In this document: one piece after another, positions 1-12,790 of the stretch
Numbering within the stretch: position 1 is the stretch's first letter
How the letters are laid out: the number at the start of each line of letters is the position of its first letter
Source: Mobula hypostoma
Lineage: Eukaryota
Assembly: GCF_963921235.1 (NCBI RefSeq)
Contig: NC_086097.1
Location: 129,458,001 to 129,522,000 of the forward strand
DNA: 64,000 bases
Direction: 5' to 3'
Notes under the pieces: model-generated
Told to the model about the DNA's origin: nothing
The model's input: the letters and a program-made list of their open reading frames with translations, nothing else
Database searches by the model: none
Position numbers and translations under genes: made by a program

Positions 1-445
1 ACCCCAGAACTAAAGAGGCAGTTAGCCTGCAGAGAGTGGTACACACTGCCCGATCCATCACAGGCTCATCACATCCTTGCATCCAGCCCATCTTCACAGT
101 GTGTTACTTCAGGAAGGCAAGTAGTATCATCAAAGTTACCTGCATTTCCAGCCAATACATTTCCTGTCTTCAGCTTCTGGGAGAAGATATAGGATCTTCA
201 AAGCCCAGGCATGCAGATTTAAGAAATACTATTAAACCTCTGAATCAGACTTTACATCCCTTTCCAGATGATGCTGTACATTCTCAGGCTTCTTTTGCTA
301 CTCAGTTACTCTGGCATCGCACCATTCTGCTTCTTTGCATTTGTTGTATTTATTAATATTATTTCTGCTGTTTACTCTGTGAGTTTCACATGAACAAAGG
401 ATTTCATTGCACACTGGTATGTTTGACAATAAATTAAATTAAACT
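1..445 (+). mobile_element. Rex1/Babar-type LINE 3' fragment
   Basis: Translates to LQRVVHTARSITG...RKASSIIK, matching the C-terminus of the better preserved copies at 37.5 and 48.2 kb; followed by an AT-rich tail with AATAAA. Confidence 0.7.
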
Positions 446-891
446 AAGTGTCTACCATGTTGGTGGGTGTAGAGTCACATAGAGTTCAGGGGAGGTAAGG
501 GCTGGATGAGCAAATGGGCCTTTACAACAATCCAGAGGTTAGCTCTTGATAGTGTTTATGTTTTGACAAGAATATTTGCAGGGAAAAAAAAGCCTAGCAG
601 GCAAGGACACCAATTTAAAGGAATGAAAATGATAGACTAGACTGTTCATACTTTAAAATGAGAGAAACTAAGATATAAGGCACACCACCAGCTTTGTAAG
701 AGAAGTTTGAATTATGAAACATACAATAAGAGATCACACACTCTAAGGAAATAGTGAGGTATCTACTGTATATGGCTGTTCTTCAGTGGCACAGGCAACA
801 ACTTTCCTTTAGAATTATCTCACATTAAAAACAGAGTTTTTGAACTTACAGCATACTGCCTGACTTTATGAATAGAGGATTAATTCTCCTT

Positions 892-1438
892 ATACACTGT
901 GGCCATTTCATTAGTACCCCCTGTACCTCATTTTGTGGCTACTGAGTGTATGCTCATGGTCGTCTGATGCTGTAGCCCATCCACTTCAAGGTTCGACATG
1001 TTGTGCATTCAGAGATGCTCTTTTGCATGCCACTGTTATAACACATGGTTATTTGAGTTACTGTTACCTTCCTGTCAGCTTAAGTTAGCCTGGTCGTTCT
1101 CCTCTGACCTGTCTCATTAACAGAGCATTTTTGCCCACAGAACTGCCACTGATTGGATGTTTTTTGTTTTCCGCACCATTCTCTATAAACCAGAGACCGT
1201 TGTGCATGAAAATCTCGGGAGATCAGGAGTTTCTGACATATTCAAAGTACCACATCACCAATGATCATTCCACTGTCAAAGTTACAAAGATCATAGCTTT
1301 TCCCCATTCTTATGTTTGGTCTGAACAACTGAACCTCTTGGCCACGTCTGCATGTTTTTATGCATTGAGTGCTGCCACATGATTGGCTGATGAGATATTT
1401 GCATTATTGAGCAGGTGTACCTAATAAAGTGGCCACAG
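892..1438 (-). mobile_element. Tc1/mariner-derived non-autonomous element (MITE)
   Basis: Terminal inverted repeats (GTGGCCATTTCATTAG-TAC / GTACCTAATAAAGTGGCCAC); same family as 16237 and 59955. Confidence 0.8.
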
Positions 1439-2809
1439 AATTTAGAATCTGATTCAAAATGAAAAATGCTAATTTTGCCAAAGGAGATTTTCTTGTTTTC
1501 CAAAAAAAAATCTTTTAAACTCACTTATACATTACCACAGTACAGTAAATTTATTTTCCAATATAGGGATAACAAGCTCAATCTAGGAATAAGTCTAGCA
1601 CAAGTTGAGTCATGTCGACGTTAACCATTGTGAGGACATGGGAGAATATCAACAAGACTTTTATCCCTGGAAACTAGGCGGAGTGAGGCTATAATTCTCT
1701 CTTAATGTAGGGACGGAAATAAAGTATGTGGGTGAAGTTGGAGGGTTAAACAAAATAACAAAAAGATTTTGCGAACTGATGAATCTTTAAACGTCATCAA
1801 CAATTTTTAATATGAAATAAAAAGGAGATATAAGTGGGAGTTTTGATAAATGATTTGTACAACGTCATGGATACAAAGAGGAATATTAAGAATTTATTGA
1901 GAATTTCCATTTATTAGAATGTGGCAGAATGTCTAAAGGCATTCCACAGAAGTGTTGCCAAATGAAGTTTGACACCAAACAATTAGAGATATCAGTACAG
2001 GTGACCAAAAGCTTGGTCAACAATGCAGGTCTTAAGGGATGTCTTGAAGAAGGAAAGAGAGGTAGTGCAGGAGAGAAGTTTAGCAAAAAAATTCTAGAGC
2101 TTATGGGCAAGGCAGCTGAAGACACTCAGGTGTTGGAAACTAAATTAGGAAGCGATCTAGTGGCCAATATTAGTGGAGCGTAGTCATCTTGGAGGGGTGT
2201 TGAGATGTGGAGGTATTGGGATGAACAGGAGTTTTTGATGGACTATAGATCATGTTCTTTTGGGGATTGTTTTTGTTTGCATAGTGGATAGTGGGGTGTC
2301 TGATGCTTCTTGCTGGAACAATTTGGGGGAGAGGGTTGATGCTTTATTGCTGATTGTGCGTGGGAGGGGGAGAGGGGCTTTGGGTTCTAACGTTTTTCTC
2401 TCATTCCTTCTTTGTTTTTGGTTCCCTCTCTGTTTTGTGGATGTCTGCTAAGAGTAAAGATTTCAGGTTGTAAACTATATACTTTCTCTGAAAATGAATT
2501 GAACGATTGGACCATTGTGAGATGAGGGATCAATAAAGATAAGGAAAGCCAAGTCCAGAGGCATTGCTTAACTATCACCAATATAGGTCATTACCAATCT
2601 GTACTGATTGTGGTCTCCCAATATGAAAGTTGAGAATCTACTTGTTCTCCTCGTTATTCTTTTTTTTTTGCATTATTTATTTATTTTGTAATTTGTAGTA
2701 ACGTTTATATGCTCGCACTGTACTGTTGCTGTGAAACAACAAATTTCATGTCATATAAGTTATTGAGCTAAACTTGATTCTAATTCTATAGGATAGCAAT
2801 CATTAATAT

Positions 2810-3200
2810 GATGGTTGAATTGGATGCGGTCTGAGTTAGGTCACAGAGTTAGCTTAAGGACTCCAGAGTGAGATCAGTTAGGAATGCATTGGAATAGTCA
2901 AGTCTAAAGGTAACAAAAATGGAATCAGGCTTCAGCACAGTGCCAAATATAGAATGGATTCGGATAATAATAATATAGGCAGTCTGAGTGTGACACAGTG
3001 CGTGTCGTCTGGAACTCATCTTAGGGGGGAATACGCCACTGTTTTGGCAAGCAGTATAGTTCAGTTTGAGACAGATGCCAGAGGGAGGATGGAAAACCAT
3101 GAAAGAAGCACAGATTTAAATCTGAGATCACCATGTATCTCACAGAGTATCAAAGCGTATCTTTTGATGGTAGGAATTTGCACTTATATATTCATTTGGA
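2810..3200 (-). mobile_element. Old L2-clade LINE RT fragment
   Basis: Minus-strand FVTFRLDYSNAFL resembles the L2 motif FVTSRLDYxNxLL. Confidence 0.55.
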
Positions 3201-3397
3201 ATTCATGGTGATCTTAAGTTGAACTCAAATTTCCACTAAAAGTTTGTTAAATACCAGAATGAAACAATAAATTGACATAACGCAAGCAATAGCATCACAA
3301 AAAGGAGATAGCTGGTAAGTAAATAGGTTTCTTATCCATGAAGATCTCTAATTCACAAATGTTGGGAATGCAAACTTCCGGTAGGTGCTACACTGAA

Positions 3398-3835
3398 GGA
3401 ATCAGAAACAGGTTTAGTATCACTGGCATATGTCGTGAAATTTGTGGTTTTGCAGTGACAGTATATTGCTTTACAGTACATAATAATTTTTAAAAACTAT
3501 GAATTACAATTAATATATATTTTTAAAATTAAATTGAATAAGTAGTGCAAAAAGAGAGAGAAAAAATTGAGGAGATGTCCATTCACAAATCTGATAGCGG
3601 AGGGGAAAAAAGCTGAACCTGAACCATGAGTGTGTGTCTTTAGGTTCCTGTACCTCCTTCTTGATGGTAGCAATGATGGTAGCATGTTCTGGGTGTTGGG
3701 GTCACGAATGATGCCGCCTTTTTGAGGTATCATCTTTTGAAGGTGTCCTCAATGCTATGGAGGCTAGTGCCCCTAAAGGGGATGGCTAAGTTTACAACTT
3801 TCTGCAGCTTTTTCCAGTCCTGTGCAATGGCTCCT
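3398..3835 (-). mobile_element. Rex1/Babar LINE 3' fragment
   Basis: LLPSRRRYRNLKTHT...FFPSAIRFVN plus a tail matching the one at 48560-48615. Confidence 0.75.
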
Positions 3836-4838
3836 CCCCTGAATGCTGCACTGTCACATACTTTGCTTGCCATGTTAAATCACGACACTGTCCATCCACT
3901 GAGATGGAAATAAAAGACCCCAAGTTCCAATTATACGGAGAGGAGTAACCTATCCACTACCTATCACTTAATTAACATCACTGAATTGGATGAACACACA
4001 CAAAATTCTAGAGGAACTTAGCAGGTCAAGCAACATCTACGGAAAGGAATAATGAGCCAACATTTTGGGCCAAAACCTTTCATTAAGACCAACGATCTGC
4101 ATCACCATTGCTGTCTACCGAACCTCACAGCAGAAAGACTAGCCACTTACTTTACGACATTGTTTCAGGAAACAAATTTCAAAAATTCTTTGTGTGAGGC
4201 AACTTGATGTGTTTTAAATTCATGAAAGATGGTAAGTAAATGTAATCATTGAGTATCTGATTATAAGAATCACATTGTGTTTCCAAAAACAAAAATAACC
4301 ACACAAGAGCTTTGTAGCTCGTGTAATGAAACTGCTATATGGAGATGGCGATGTGTAGTTATTAATAATGTCCCATCTGTTGTCTTCACAAGCATCAAGA
4401 AGCCAGTGATCTTCAGAGAGCAGCTGAACAGATGGGACAACACCAAATGTCATCTGCACCCACATTTCTACCAAAAAGAAGCCCAATACATGATTTGTGA
4501 TGAGGATGTAAAAGTATTACTCACTGGTGCAGAATATTAAGCAGATCTGTTGACTGCTGAAGAGCTCCACAGCTCCGAAGAGTTGATTTAAGATACTAAC
4601 TTTGTATTCCAGCAGTTGATTTTACTACACGTACACAGTGTTCTGTAGGCATTTGTTTTCATACCTGGTGGGGTGATAATGATAGGCAAATCTTTGTCTG
4701 CACTGCTATATTGCATGGCAAAAGCAATGCTGTCATCAGCAGCAACATTGTTAATCATAATGCTGATGAATAAGAACATATCCCCTACATTTACTGATAT
4801 TGCTCTTCTACATTCTTTTGGGACCAAAATACAACAGC

Positions 4839-5194
4839 ATTCCTCCAAGAACACCACCATCTTGTTATAGGCTTTGGAGACTTGCATGCCTCTGTGACCC
4901 TGAGGGTTATGTTGGCTGGAGTCAAGGCTTTATGCTTTGGCTCTTGGTAGGGTCGCCCATGCCAAACATGTCAAATGGTAGAGGACAGACTAAGAGTGGT
5001 CCACAGGTATACCAAGTTCGGAGGTTCAGCTCAGGGCTAACAACCCTGACTGATGGTGAAAAAGTAAGTTGTTATGGAAACAGCAATGAAGAATTCTTCT
5101 ATATCTGTATGCGACAGTATATGGCCCAGGATAGACAGAGATTGAAGACCTTCACTGCTGCCCTAAATGCCAGCAGTCTAACAGGCAATAACTA
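4839..5194 (+). mobile_element. Non-autonomous RTE derivative (5' UTR joined to 3' end)
   Basis: RTE-like 5' UTR motifs (GGTAGGGTCGCCCATGCC; GGGCTAACAACCC) fused to an RTE-like 3' end (AQDRQRLKTFTAAL); candidate TSD ACAACAGC at 4831-4838 and 5195-5202. Confidence 0.6.
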
Positions 5195-5299
5195 ACAACA
5201 GCCTTTTTGAATACTGCTTACAAGATACAAACTCCAAGCTTTCTTAGAATCCCGCTGTCTCAAACTATTCAATGGGCCTTTTGATGCTAGAATCTGGTG

Positions 5300-5397
5300 C
5301 AACACATGAGGTGCTTAAGTAACTCAGTGGGTCAGACACCATCTGTGGAGGGAAATGGATAGTCGACGTTTCAAGTTGAGACCCTTCATCTGGACTC
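5300..5397 (-). mobile_element. Penelope-like terminal repeat fragment with degenerate hammerhead motif
   Basis: Homologous to 14899-15034 and 54100-54238; minus strand reads AGTC-CAGATGA-AGGGTCTCAACTT-GAAA-CGTC-GACT. Confidence 0.7.
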
Positions 5398-6063
5398 AGG
5401 AAGTTGAAATGTGGACATGAATTATTTCATTTGCTGAGGATTTGAGAATGGGATTGAACATTGCGCAAATATCAGTGAAATTCTCCTCTTCTGGGTAGTT
5501 GAAGGAAGAAAGATAATTGATGAAGCAGGTGAAGATGGTTGGACCTAGACCATAAGGTTTGTGTGGTGGTCACATCAGCCAAGGTTGGAAAGGGCAGATG
5601 CATCTGCTGCAGGTAGTCAGGTGAGAATGAGGCCAAGCAGCCTCATCTCCAGTGTTGGTTTACTCACTCAATCCAACAGATGTATCCTTCAGGATTTAGC
5701 CAATGTATTAAGGGATGGTTCTACTGACCCAATTTTCATGATGGCCATTTGGTGTGGCCTTGTTACTTTCACAGCAGCTTCTAAGTAAGGTTCAATATGG
5801 AGGAAACTGGTTCATCATCGGGAGGAGAATAGTAGGTGGCAATCAAGAGGAGCAAGAGATGAGTTTATTGTCATATGCTCTAGTATATCTCTGAACAGAT
5901 ACAAAGAAAAATTTCTTGTAACAGCATCACATACACATAGCATCAGACACACAATGTTCACAAGAAAAACATTACTGTAAGTGATGCACAATTTTTACAA
6001 AAAAGAACGTAATTAGAACAAAAGAAAAGGCCATTGTAGGGCAAAATGGTCAAGTGGAAACAG

Positions 6064-6296
6064 TGAACATAGAACATAGAATAGTACAGCACAGTACAGG
6101 CCTTTCGGCCCACAATGTTGTGCTGACCCTTAAACCCTGCCTTCCATATAACCCCCCATCTTAAATTCCTCCATTACCTGTCTAGTAGTCTCTTAAATTT
6201 CATTAGTGTATCTGCCTCCACCACTGACTCAGGCAGTGCATTCCATGCACCATCCACTCTCTCAGTAAAATACCTTCCTCTAATATCCCCCTTGAA
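6064..6296 (-). mobile_element. CR1 LINE 3' end
   Basis: (GAACATA)n tail and the CR1 3' UTR seen repeatedly in this window. Confidence 0.8.
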
Positions 6297-6543
6297 TAAA
6301 ACATCAAGGGTAGGTTTCCTTCCCCATGTTTGACCGGTTACCATGAGATTTCATGGGCTGTAGAGTCAAGGTTATGAGCTCCATGGGTTAATTCTTCCTC
6401 TCTGTATACCACTGTACCACCCTCTTTGGTAAATATACCCTGAAGTAGGATATGAAGGGAATTATGATGAAGGAGATGGGAACATTTTCTGTTAGGTTGT
6501 TGTTTGACTAGTCTGTCGGTCAGCCCTTCCAACGTAGGCACCA

Positions 6544-8160
6544 CGATGCCTATAAGAAGTATTCATTCCCCTTGGAAGTTTTCAGGTTTTATTGATTTAC
6601 AACATTGAGTTACAGCAGATTTAATTTGGCTTCTTTGACACTGATCAACAGAAAAAGACTCATTCATGTCAAAATGAAAACATCTCCACAAAGTGATCTA
6701 AATTAATTACGAATATAAAACACAAAATGATTGATTGCATAAGTATTCACTCCCCCCTGCCCTTTAATATGACACACCAAATCACAGATGCAGCAGACTG
6801 GTTTTAGAAGTCACATAATTAGTTAATAGAGATCTGACTTTGGAGACCTGTGTGCAGTCAAGGCGTTTCAATTGATTGTAGTAAAAACACACCTGTACCT
6901 GGAAGGTCCAATTGCTGGTGAGTCAGTATCCTGGCAAAAGCTACACCATGAAGAAAAAAGAACACTCCAAGCAACTACACAAAAGGTTATTGAAAAGCAC
7001 AAGTCAGGAGATGGATACAAGAAAATTTCCAAGTCACCAAATATCCCTTGAGTCAATCATCAAGAAATGGAAAGAATATGGCAAAGCTGTAAATCTGCCT
7101 AGAACAGGCTGTCCTCAAAAACTGAGTCACCGTGCAAGAAGGGGACTAGTGAGGGAGATCACCAAGAGGCCTACGACAACTCTGGAGAAGTTACAAGCTT
7201 CAGTAGCTGACATGGGAGAGACTGCACATACAACAACTGTTGCCCAGGTACTTCACCAGTCGCAGCTCTATGGGAGATTGGCAAAGAGACTGTTGAAAAA
7301 AACTCACAAGAAATCTCGGCTCAAGTTTGCCAGAAGGCATGTGGGAGACTCTGAAGTAAGCTGGAAGAAGGTTCTATGGTCTGATGAAACCAAAATTGAG
7401 CTTTTTGGCCATCAGACTAAATGCTATGTTTGGTGTAAGCCAAACACCACACATCATCAAAGACATACCATCGCTACCGTGAAGCATGGTGGTGGTTGCA
7501 TCATGCTGTGGGGATGCTTCACTGCAGCAGACCCTAGAAGGGTTGTGAAGGTAGAGGGTAAATGAATACAGAAAAATACAGGGAATCCTGGAGAAAAGCC
7601 TGATGCATTCTGCAAGAGAACTGCAACTTGGGAGAAGATTTGTTTCCCAGCAAGACGATGATCCCAAGCATAAAGCCAAAGCCACACAGGAATGGCTTTA
7701 AAACAACAAAGTTAATGTCCTGGAGTAGCCAAGTCAGAGTCCAGACCTCAATCCAATTGAGAAATTATAACTAGACTTGAAAAGGGCTGTTCACTCATGA
7801 TCTCCATGCATTCTGACAGAGCTTGAGCAGTTTTGTAAAGAAGAATGGGGAAAAATTGCAGTGTCCAGATGTGCAAAGCTGTTAGAGACCTATCCACACA
7901 GACTCAAGGCTGTAATTGCTGCCAAAGGTGCATCTACTAAATACTGACTTGAAGGAGGTAAATACATGTGACCAATCATTCATGGTAATAAATTTAGGCC
8001 AATTTGTAGAAATTTGGTCTTACTTTGAATTGGAAGAGTTTTTTTCTGTTGATCAGTGTCAATTTAAATCCACTGTGATTCAATGTTGTAAAACAATAAA
8101 AGTATGCAAACTTCCAAGGGTGGGGGGGGGGTGGTTGTGAATAACTTTTATAGGCGATGT
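6544..8160 (+). mobile_element. Full-length Tc1-family DNA transposon with long (~200 bp) inverted repeats
   Basis: Left end GCCTATAAGAAGTATTCA...TTGGAAGTTT...GACACTGATCAACAGAAAAA is mirrored at 7980-8160; ~1.6 kb; internal transposase. Confidence 0.92.
6948..7947 (+). pseudogene. Disrupted Tc1 DD34E transposase
   Basis: [41 protein letters not shown] motifs; frameshifts and in-frame stops. Confidence 0.92.
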
Positions 8161-8829
8161 ATATGTTTCCATGAGAGACTAGGCTGGGAGAGACGGCTGT
8201 GTCTGAATTTGATGCTTAGATTGATGCTAGATGGTTAGTTTATTGTTATCCCCTCTGGGTTTCAATGTATGAGTTATAGCATAACTCATGAGGCAATTTC
8301 AGAATGCATTTAAAAGCCAGCCACATTGGGAGCATTGGGGTCACAAACATACCAAATTGTGTAAGGATAGCAAATTTTCTCTCTGAGCGAACCAACCACC
8401 TGTAAGACTTAGAACATCAATTAAAAATTTTTCTGCCTTCAATCATTGACTTGTGTCACACTATTCACCCCTTTTGAAGATATGAAAATATGATTTCATC
8501 AGGACTAATGGATCAACTGACTGAACACAATATTGATTTACCGTTCAGACCCAATTGAACCTTATTCTATCGTCAATCCTTCAATAACATACCAACAGCA
8601 AATTAAACTTATTGTTTTCAACCAGAATGAAGTATATCAAAAAAGAATTAACAATGTTCTTATTTCATATATGCTAAAAGAAGAAATAAAAATAAGAGGC
8701 AAAATTCACCTCCAAGGTATTACTACATTTTCTTGGTTCTGTTATGGCTCAGTTAATGAAGTGAATGACAAAGAAATTCTTATGGTCTACAATAATGTGT
8801 GATTATAAAGTATTTCGATGTGTTTTCAG

Positions 8830-8970
8830 AAATTTTACGACATACTTCCAGCACCATGTATAGATCTGGTTTCACAAACCCTAGGAAAAGTAATGCATTA
8901 GATTTAGGGCTCCTTAAAGGTCCAGAAGGGAACCCCAATGAACCTCTTTACTTCAAAGCTCTACTTCACG
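8830..8970 (+). other. Candidate isolated coding exon (141 nt, phase 1-1)
   Basis: tgttttcag acceptor, ACG|gtaagc donor, one open frame ILRHTSSTMYRSGFTNPRKSNALDLGLLKGPEGNPNEPLYFKALLH in non-repetitive DNA; protein not recognised. Confidence 0.3.
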
Positions 8971-9277
8971 GTAAGCTTTTTTTACACTCACATGGCACCC
9001 ACACAATATTGGTGTAAAGTATCATTGAAAAGGCAGAGGCTTCAATATTGTTCGAGTATTGTACCCAATGATCACAGCACAGTGCTTAAAACCAGAATTT
9101 CTGATCCACAAGCAAATAGGTCCCCAAGCGACAAGATTATTATGCCTTAAAATGCTATGGGCTTGACAGAGTACCCACCTTGAGAATGTTTTACCTCACA
9201 GGGGAATCATGAACTGGTGACAGTGTGCCAGGTGAGAAGTTAATCAATTAGAGATTGAGATAGAGAAGAATTTTCTA

Positions 9278-9830
9278 GAATCAGAATCACACTTACAAGA
9301 TTCAATTAGTGGTTTAGCAGCAGCAGTACAATGCAAAGACACAAAACATTATAAATTGCAAAACTAAATATTGCAAAAACTATTGAACCATTCAGAAATC
9401 TGATGGCAATGGGGAAAAGTAGTTTCTGGTTCACCGAGTATGGATCTTCAGGCTTTTATACTTCTTTCCTAATGGCAGGAACAAAAAGATGGTGTGTTCT
9501 GGATGGTGAGAGTCCTTAGTGATGGATGCCTCCTTTCTAAGGCACCACCTCTTGAAGATAGCCTCAGTGGTGTGGAGCATTGTGCCTGTGATGGAGCTAT
9601 GTGAGTCTAACACCACCTGCAGCATCTTGTGATCCTGTACTTTGGAGCCTCATGCCAGGTTGTGATGCAAACCAGTCAGAAAGCTCTCCACCATACATCT
9701 GTAGAAATTTGTAAGTCTTGGGTGACGTACTGATTCTCCTCACACTTCTAACCAGGTAGGGCCACTGGCAACAATCTGTTGGACCCAGGGAAGATCTTCT
9801 GAAATACTGATACTGAGAGACTTGAAGCTA
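9278..9830 (-). mobile_element. Rex1/Babar LINE 3' fragment inserted in a CR1 3' end
   Basis: LQVVLDS...CLRKEASITKDSHHP...PLGKKYKSLKIHT; CR1-like sequence on both sides (9150-9277, 9830-10060). Confidence 0.7.
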
Positions 9831-10404
9831 GAGGAGAAGATGAAGGAGAATGTCTTCTTTTAAAGGGTTGTGAATCTATGAGATTCTGAAGCCTCAATCA
9901 TTAAATTTACTCAAGTTTGAGATACACAGATTTTCAGACAGCTGGGAAATTAAGAGCTACAGGGAAATATATATTGAGACCTAGATTAAATCATGATTTT
10001 ATTGAATGCCAGAGCAGGCTTGAGGGACATATGGCCAACAGTTACTCATATTTCTTATGTTCTTAAGCATGGCCAATAGACTGTCACTTCTGACCACAGT
10101 AATAAATCTAAACCGTCCTTTGAGTTTATGCTACTGATAGCCATAGAGTCATAGTGTTACACAGCACCTAAACAGACTCTTGGGTTCACCCTGCCCATGC
10201 CAACTATCATTCATATTAATTCCATTTACCAGCATTTGATCGATACCCTTCTACACCTTGGTGATTCAAGTATTCATCCAGATACTTCTTAAATGTTGTA
10301 AGAGTACCTGCCTCCATTGCCCTCTTAGATAGTGTTTACCAAAGAATGGTCACAGTCTAGGAGAAAAATTCTTCCTTATATCTCCTCTAAATCTCTTATT
10401 CATT

Positions 10405-10688
10405 TGGGAACCATGATAGTGTAGTGGTTAGCACAATGCCGTAACAGTTTGGGACAATGGCGTTCAGAGTTCAATTCCGACACAGTCTTTAAGGAGATTG
10501 CACATTCTATCTGTGACTGCGTGGGTTTCCTCTGGGTGCTCCAGTTTCCGGCCACAGTCGAAAGATGTACTGGTTAGTAGGTTAATTGCTCATTGTATAT
10601 TGTCCCTTGGTTAGGCTAAATAGGTGAGTCATAAGGCTGGAAGAGCTTGTTCTGAGCTGTAAATAAATAAATAGATAGATAGATAGAC
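10405..10688 (+). mobile_element. tRNA-derived V-SINE (HE1-like) inserted in a minus-strand CR1 3' end
   Basis: A box TAGTGTAGTGG, B box GAGTTCAATTCC, V-domain TGCGTGGGTTTCCTCTGGGTGCTCCAGTTTCC, (TAAA)/(TAGA)n tail; CR1 flanks at 10145-10400 and 10690-10870. Confidence 0.8.
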
Positions 10689-12195
10689 TTAAACTGATCT
10701 CTGCTCAGCGGAGAGCTTTACCACTCTCCACCCTATCAATGCCCCCTTTGTGCACATCTTTCGATCCTCGCTCACACTGCTCCATTCCAATGAAAACAAA
10801 CCTAGCCTCTCCATTCTCTCCTCATAACTGAAATGCTCCATCCCAGGCAGCGTCTTGAATCTCCTCCAAGTTGGATTTACTGTCATATGCACAGGTGCAG
10901 TGAAATCCAGTACCATCGTGTTTTTTTTTTTGACATTGTGGTGACCAAACACATTACAGTGATGACCTCCTACCCTTAGGGGCACTGGAGGTGGCCAAAG
11001 GAAGGCAAAATATCACAGACGTTGGAGAATCTGTAATAAAAATGGAGAATGCTAGAAACACTCATCACGTCAAACAGCAGGTGTGGAGAGAGAAGCAGGT
11101 TTCACAACCTATGAGCTCACTTTCAAGGATTCTACAACTCAGATTCTCAATATTATTTATTTACTTGTTTATTTTTATTATTTGTTTTTTATATATGCAC
11201 AGTTTTTCTTCTTTTAGGAATTATTTGTCAGTCTTTGTGTGTAGTTTTCCATTGACTCTATTGTAATTCTTTGTTTTGCCATGAATGCTTACAGGAAAAT
11301 GAATCTCAAGCTAGAATATGGTGACATACTTCGATAACAACTTTACCTTGAAATTACCTTGAACTTTGAAATTTGTGCACAGTATTCTAGATGAGGCCTC
11401 AAATTTATAATCCTTTAAGGTCTATGCAGAGCAACTTCTCTTCATCACCCTCATCCTCTACCCTCCAAGTTTGGTCATTGCAACAATTCCAAGGCAATAT
11501 ATCTCATCTGGCCTCAACTAAGAAATGGTAAGTTGTGAAGCCCAGCCATTGATTTGGCGATGACCAAGGTCAAGACAAACACATTATCAAAGTGTACCAC
11601 CCACTTTAAGCTATAGCATTAAAAAAAGTCTCCATTCCTTTTAAATACAAGAGCAAACACAGCCTACCATTATATTTTCACTTTGCCAATAAATGCTGCT
11701 TCCGAAAAGCCCAATGCTTTAGATGATTATACAGAAATTCTACTCTTTCTTTTTTTCTTTCATATGAGAATTAACAACCATTGTATTTAATTCTTTGAAG
11801 TGACCTTAACTGGATAAAAGAAAGAACATTTCTTGTTCTGATAGCTTTTATTCCTGTATTGCCCTTTCCAAATATGCCTTATTATACTTTGTTAACAATG
11901 TCAAGTAGAAGGGAAATGGGGCTTAAAAATTGAGATGTTGCCATATTCACTTAATAACACTTAATGCATTAAGAAGTTATCCATTAATATTGCACTGAGC
12001 AATTATAGGCAAAAGAACATCGGAGACATTAACTGTAAGTATAAATGAAAATGATAATCTGCATTTGGATTCCAATTGTCAGTAGTGTCAATTGGAATCC
12101 AAATGCACTTATTTTTATTTCCATTTACCGCTGTTTTCACTCAGGAAGCACTGCTGTTTTGAACAATATTTATAATAATGTCCCATCCTTTTTAC

Positions 12196-12321
12196 GGCGG
12201 TCAGTCCACCTTTGGTCCCCACCTGGCACTCAGCTGTCACCTGTGGCTCCTCGTAGCTGTTTGCATGCGACAGCGGCCACACCTCGGGCAATGGCTTTGA
12301 CAAGCCGGCTAAACCAGGTGA
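12196..12321 (+). ncRNA. Candidate HDV-like self-cleaving ribozyme
   Basis: P2 TCACCTG/CAGGTGA, P3 TGGC/GCCA, L3 starting TCC, GGGCAA junction, P4 TGGCTT/AAGCCG, J4/2 GCTAAAC; P1 imperfect. Confidence 0.5.
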
Positions 12322-12653
12322 GGGTAGCCGATGGGCTCCAAACCCTTGGTGAGATAGGGAGTTGTCTATCCCAGCATGTGAAGACAGACTCCAGCGGATT
12401 GAGTGGACGAGACCAAGGGAAGGTCCAACGGTCAAGAAGGCAGTCTCTGCAAGCGTCACGGAATGTGTGGAGCACAACAAGACACAGAAGACATACTGGT
12501 CATCCACTGCACTTAGTCCCATCTCCAGCCGTCTGGACTCTTGTCTTGCCACTAGGTCCAGATGGGAATTGGGAAGAGAGAGAGAGGCTGACGCTGTGCA
12601 ACTCTCCCTCACTTAAATCCAAATCAAGCGCTAGTCTCGACACCATCATAAAT

Positions 12654-12790
12654 AGCCGGCTGGTGGCATAGTGACATCAGCGCAGGACTTCAGGGCAAGA
12701 GATCCCGAGTTCAAATCCAGCCAAATCCCTTGCACGCTCTACATCTGTGCTGGGTTGAGCGTCGAGCTAGCAACTCGACCTCGTAAAAAG
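12654..12790 (+). mobile_element. Short tRNA-derived SINE nested in the 12181-12833 element
   Basis: A box TGGCATAGTGA, B box GAGTTCAAATCC, tail GGGTTGAGCGTCGAGCTAGCAACTC...CGTAAAAA; AATAG on both sides. Confidence 0.7.

Noticed and set aside
4220..4830. Overlapping ORFs on both strands as a gene or RT remnant
   Set aside because: No convincing motif or splice structure; a lone ADD-like triplet is insufficient
10405..10485. tRNA genes (also 12654 and 33555)
   Set aside because: A/B boxes are present but there is no complete cloverleaf, and each continues into a SINE body
12045..12671. 208-aa and overlapping ORFs
   Set aside because: They cross the TSD boundary; open frames on both strands reflect GC-rich non-coding repeat sequence
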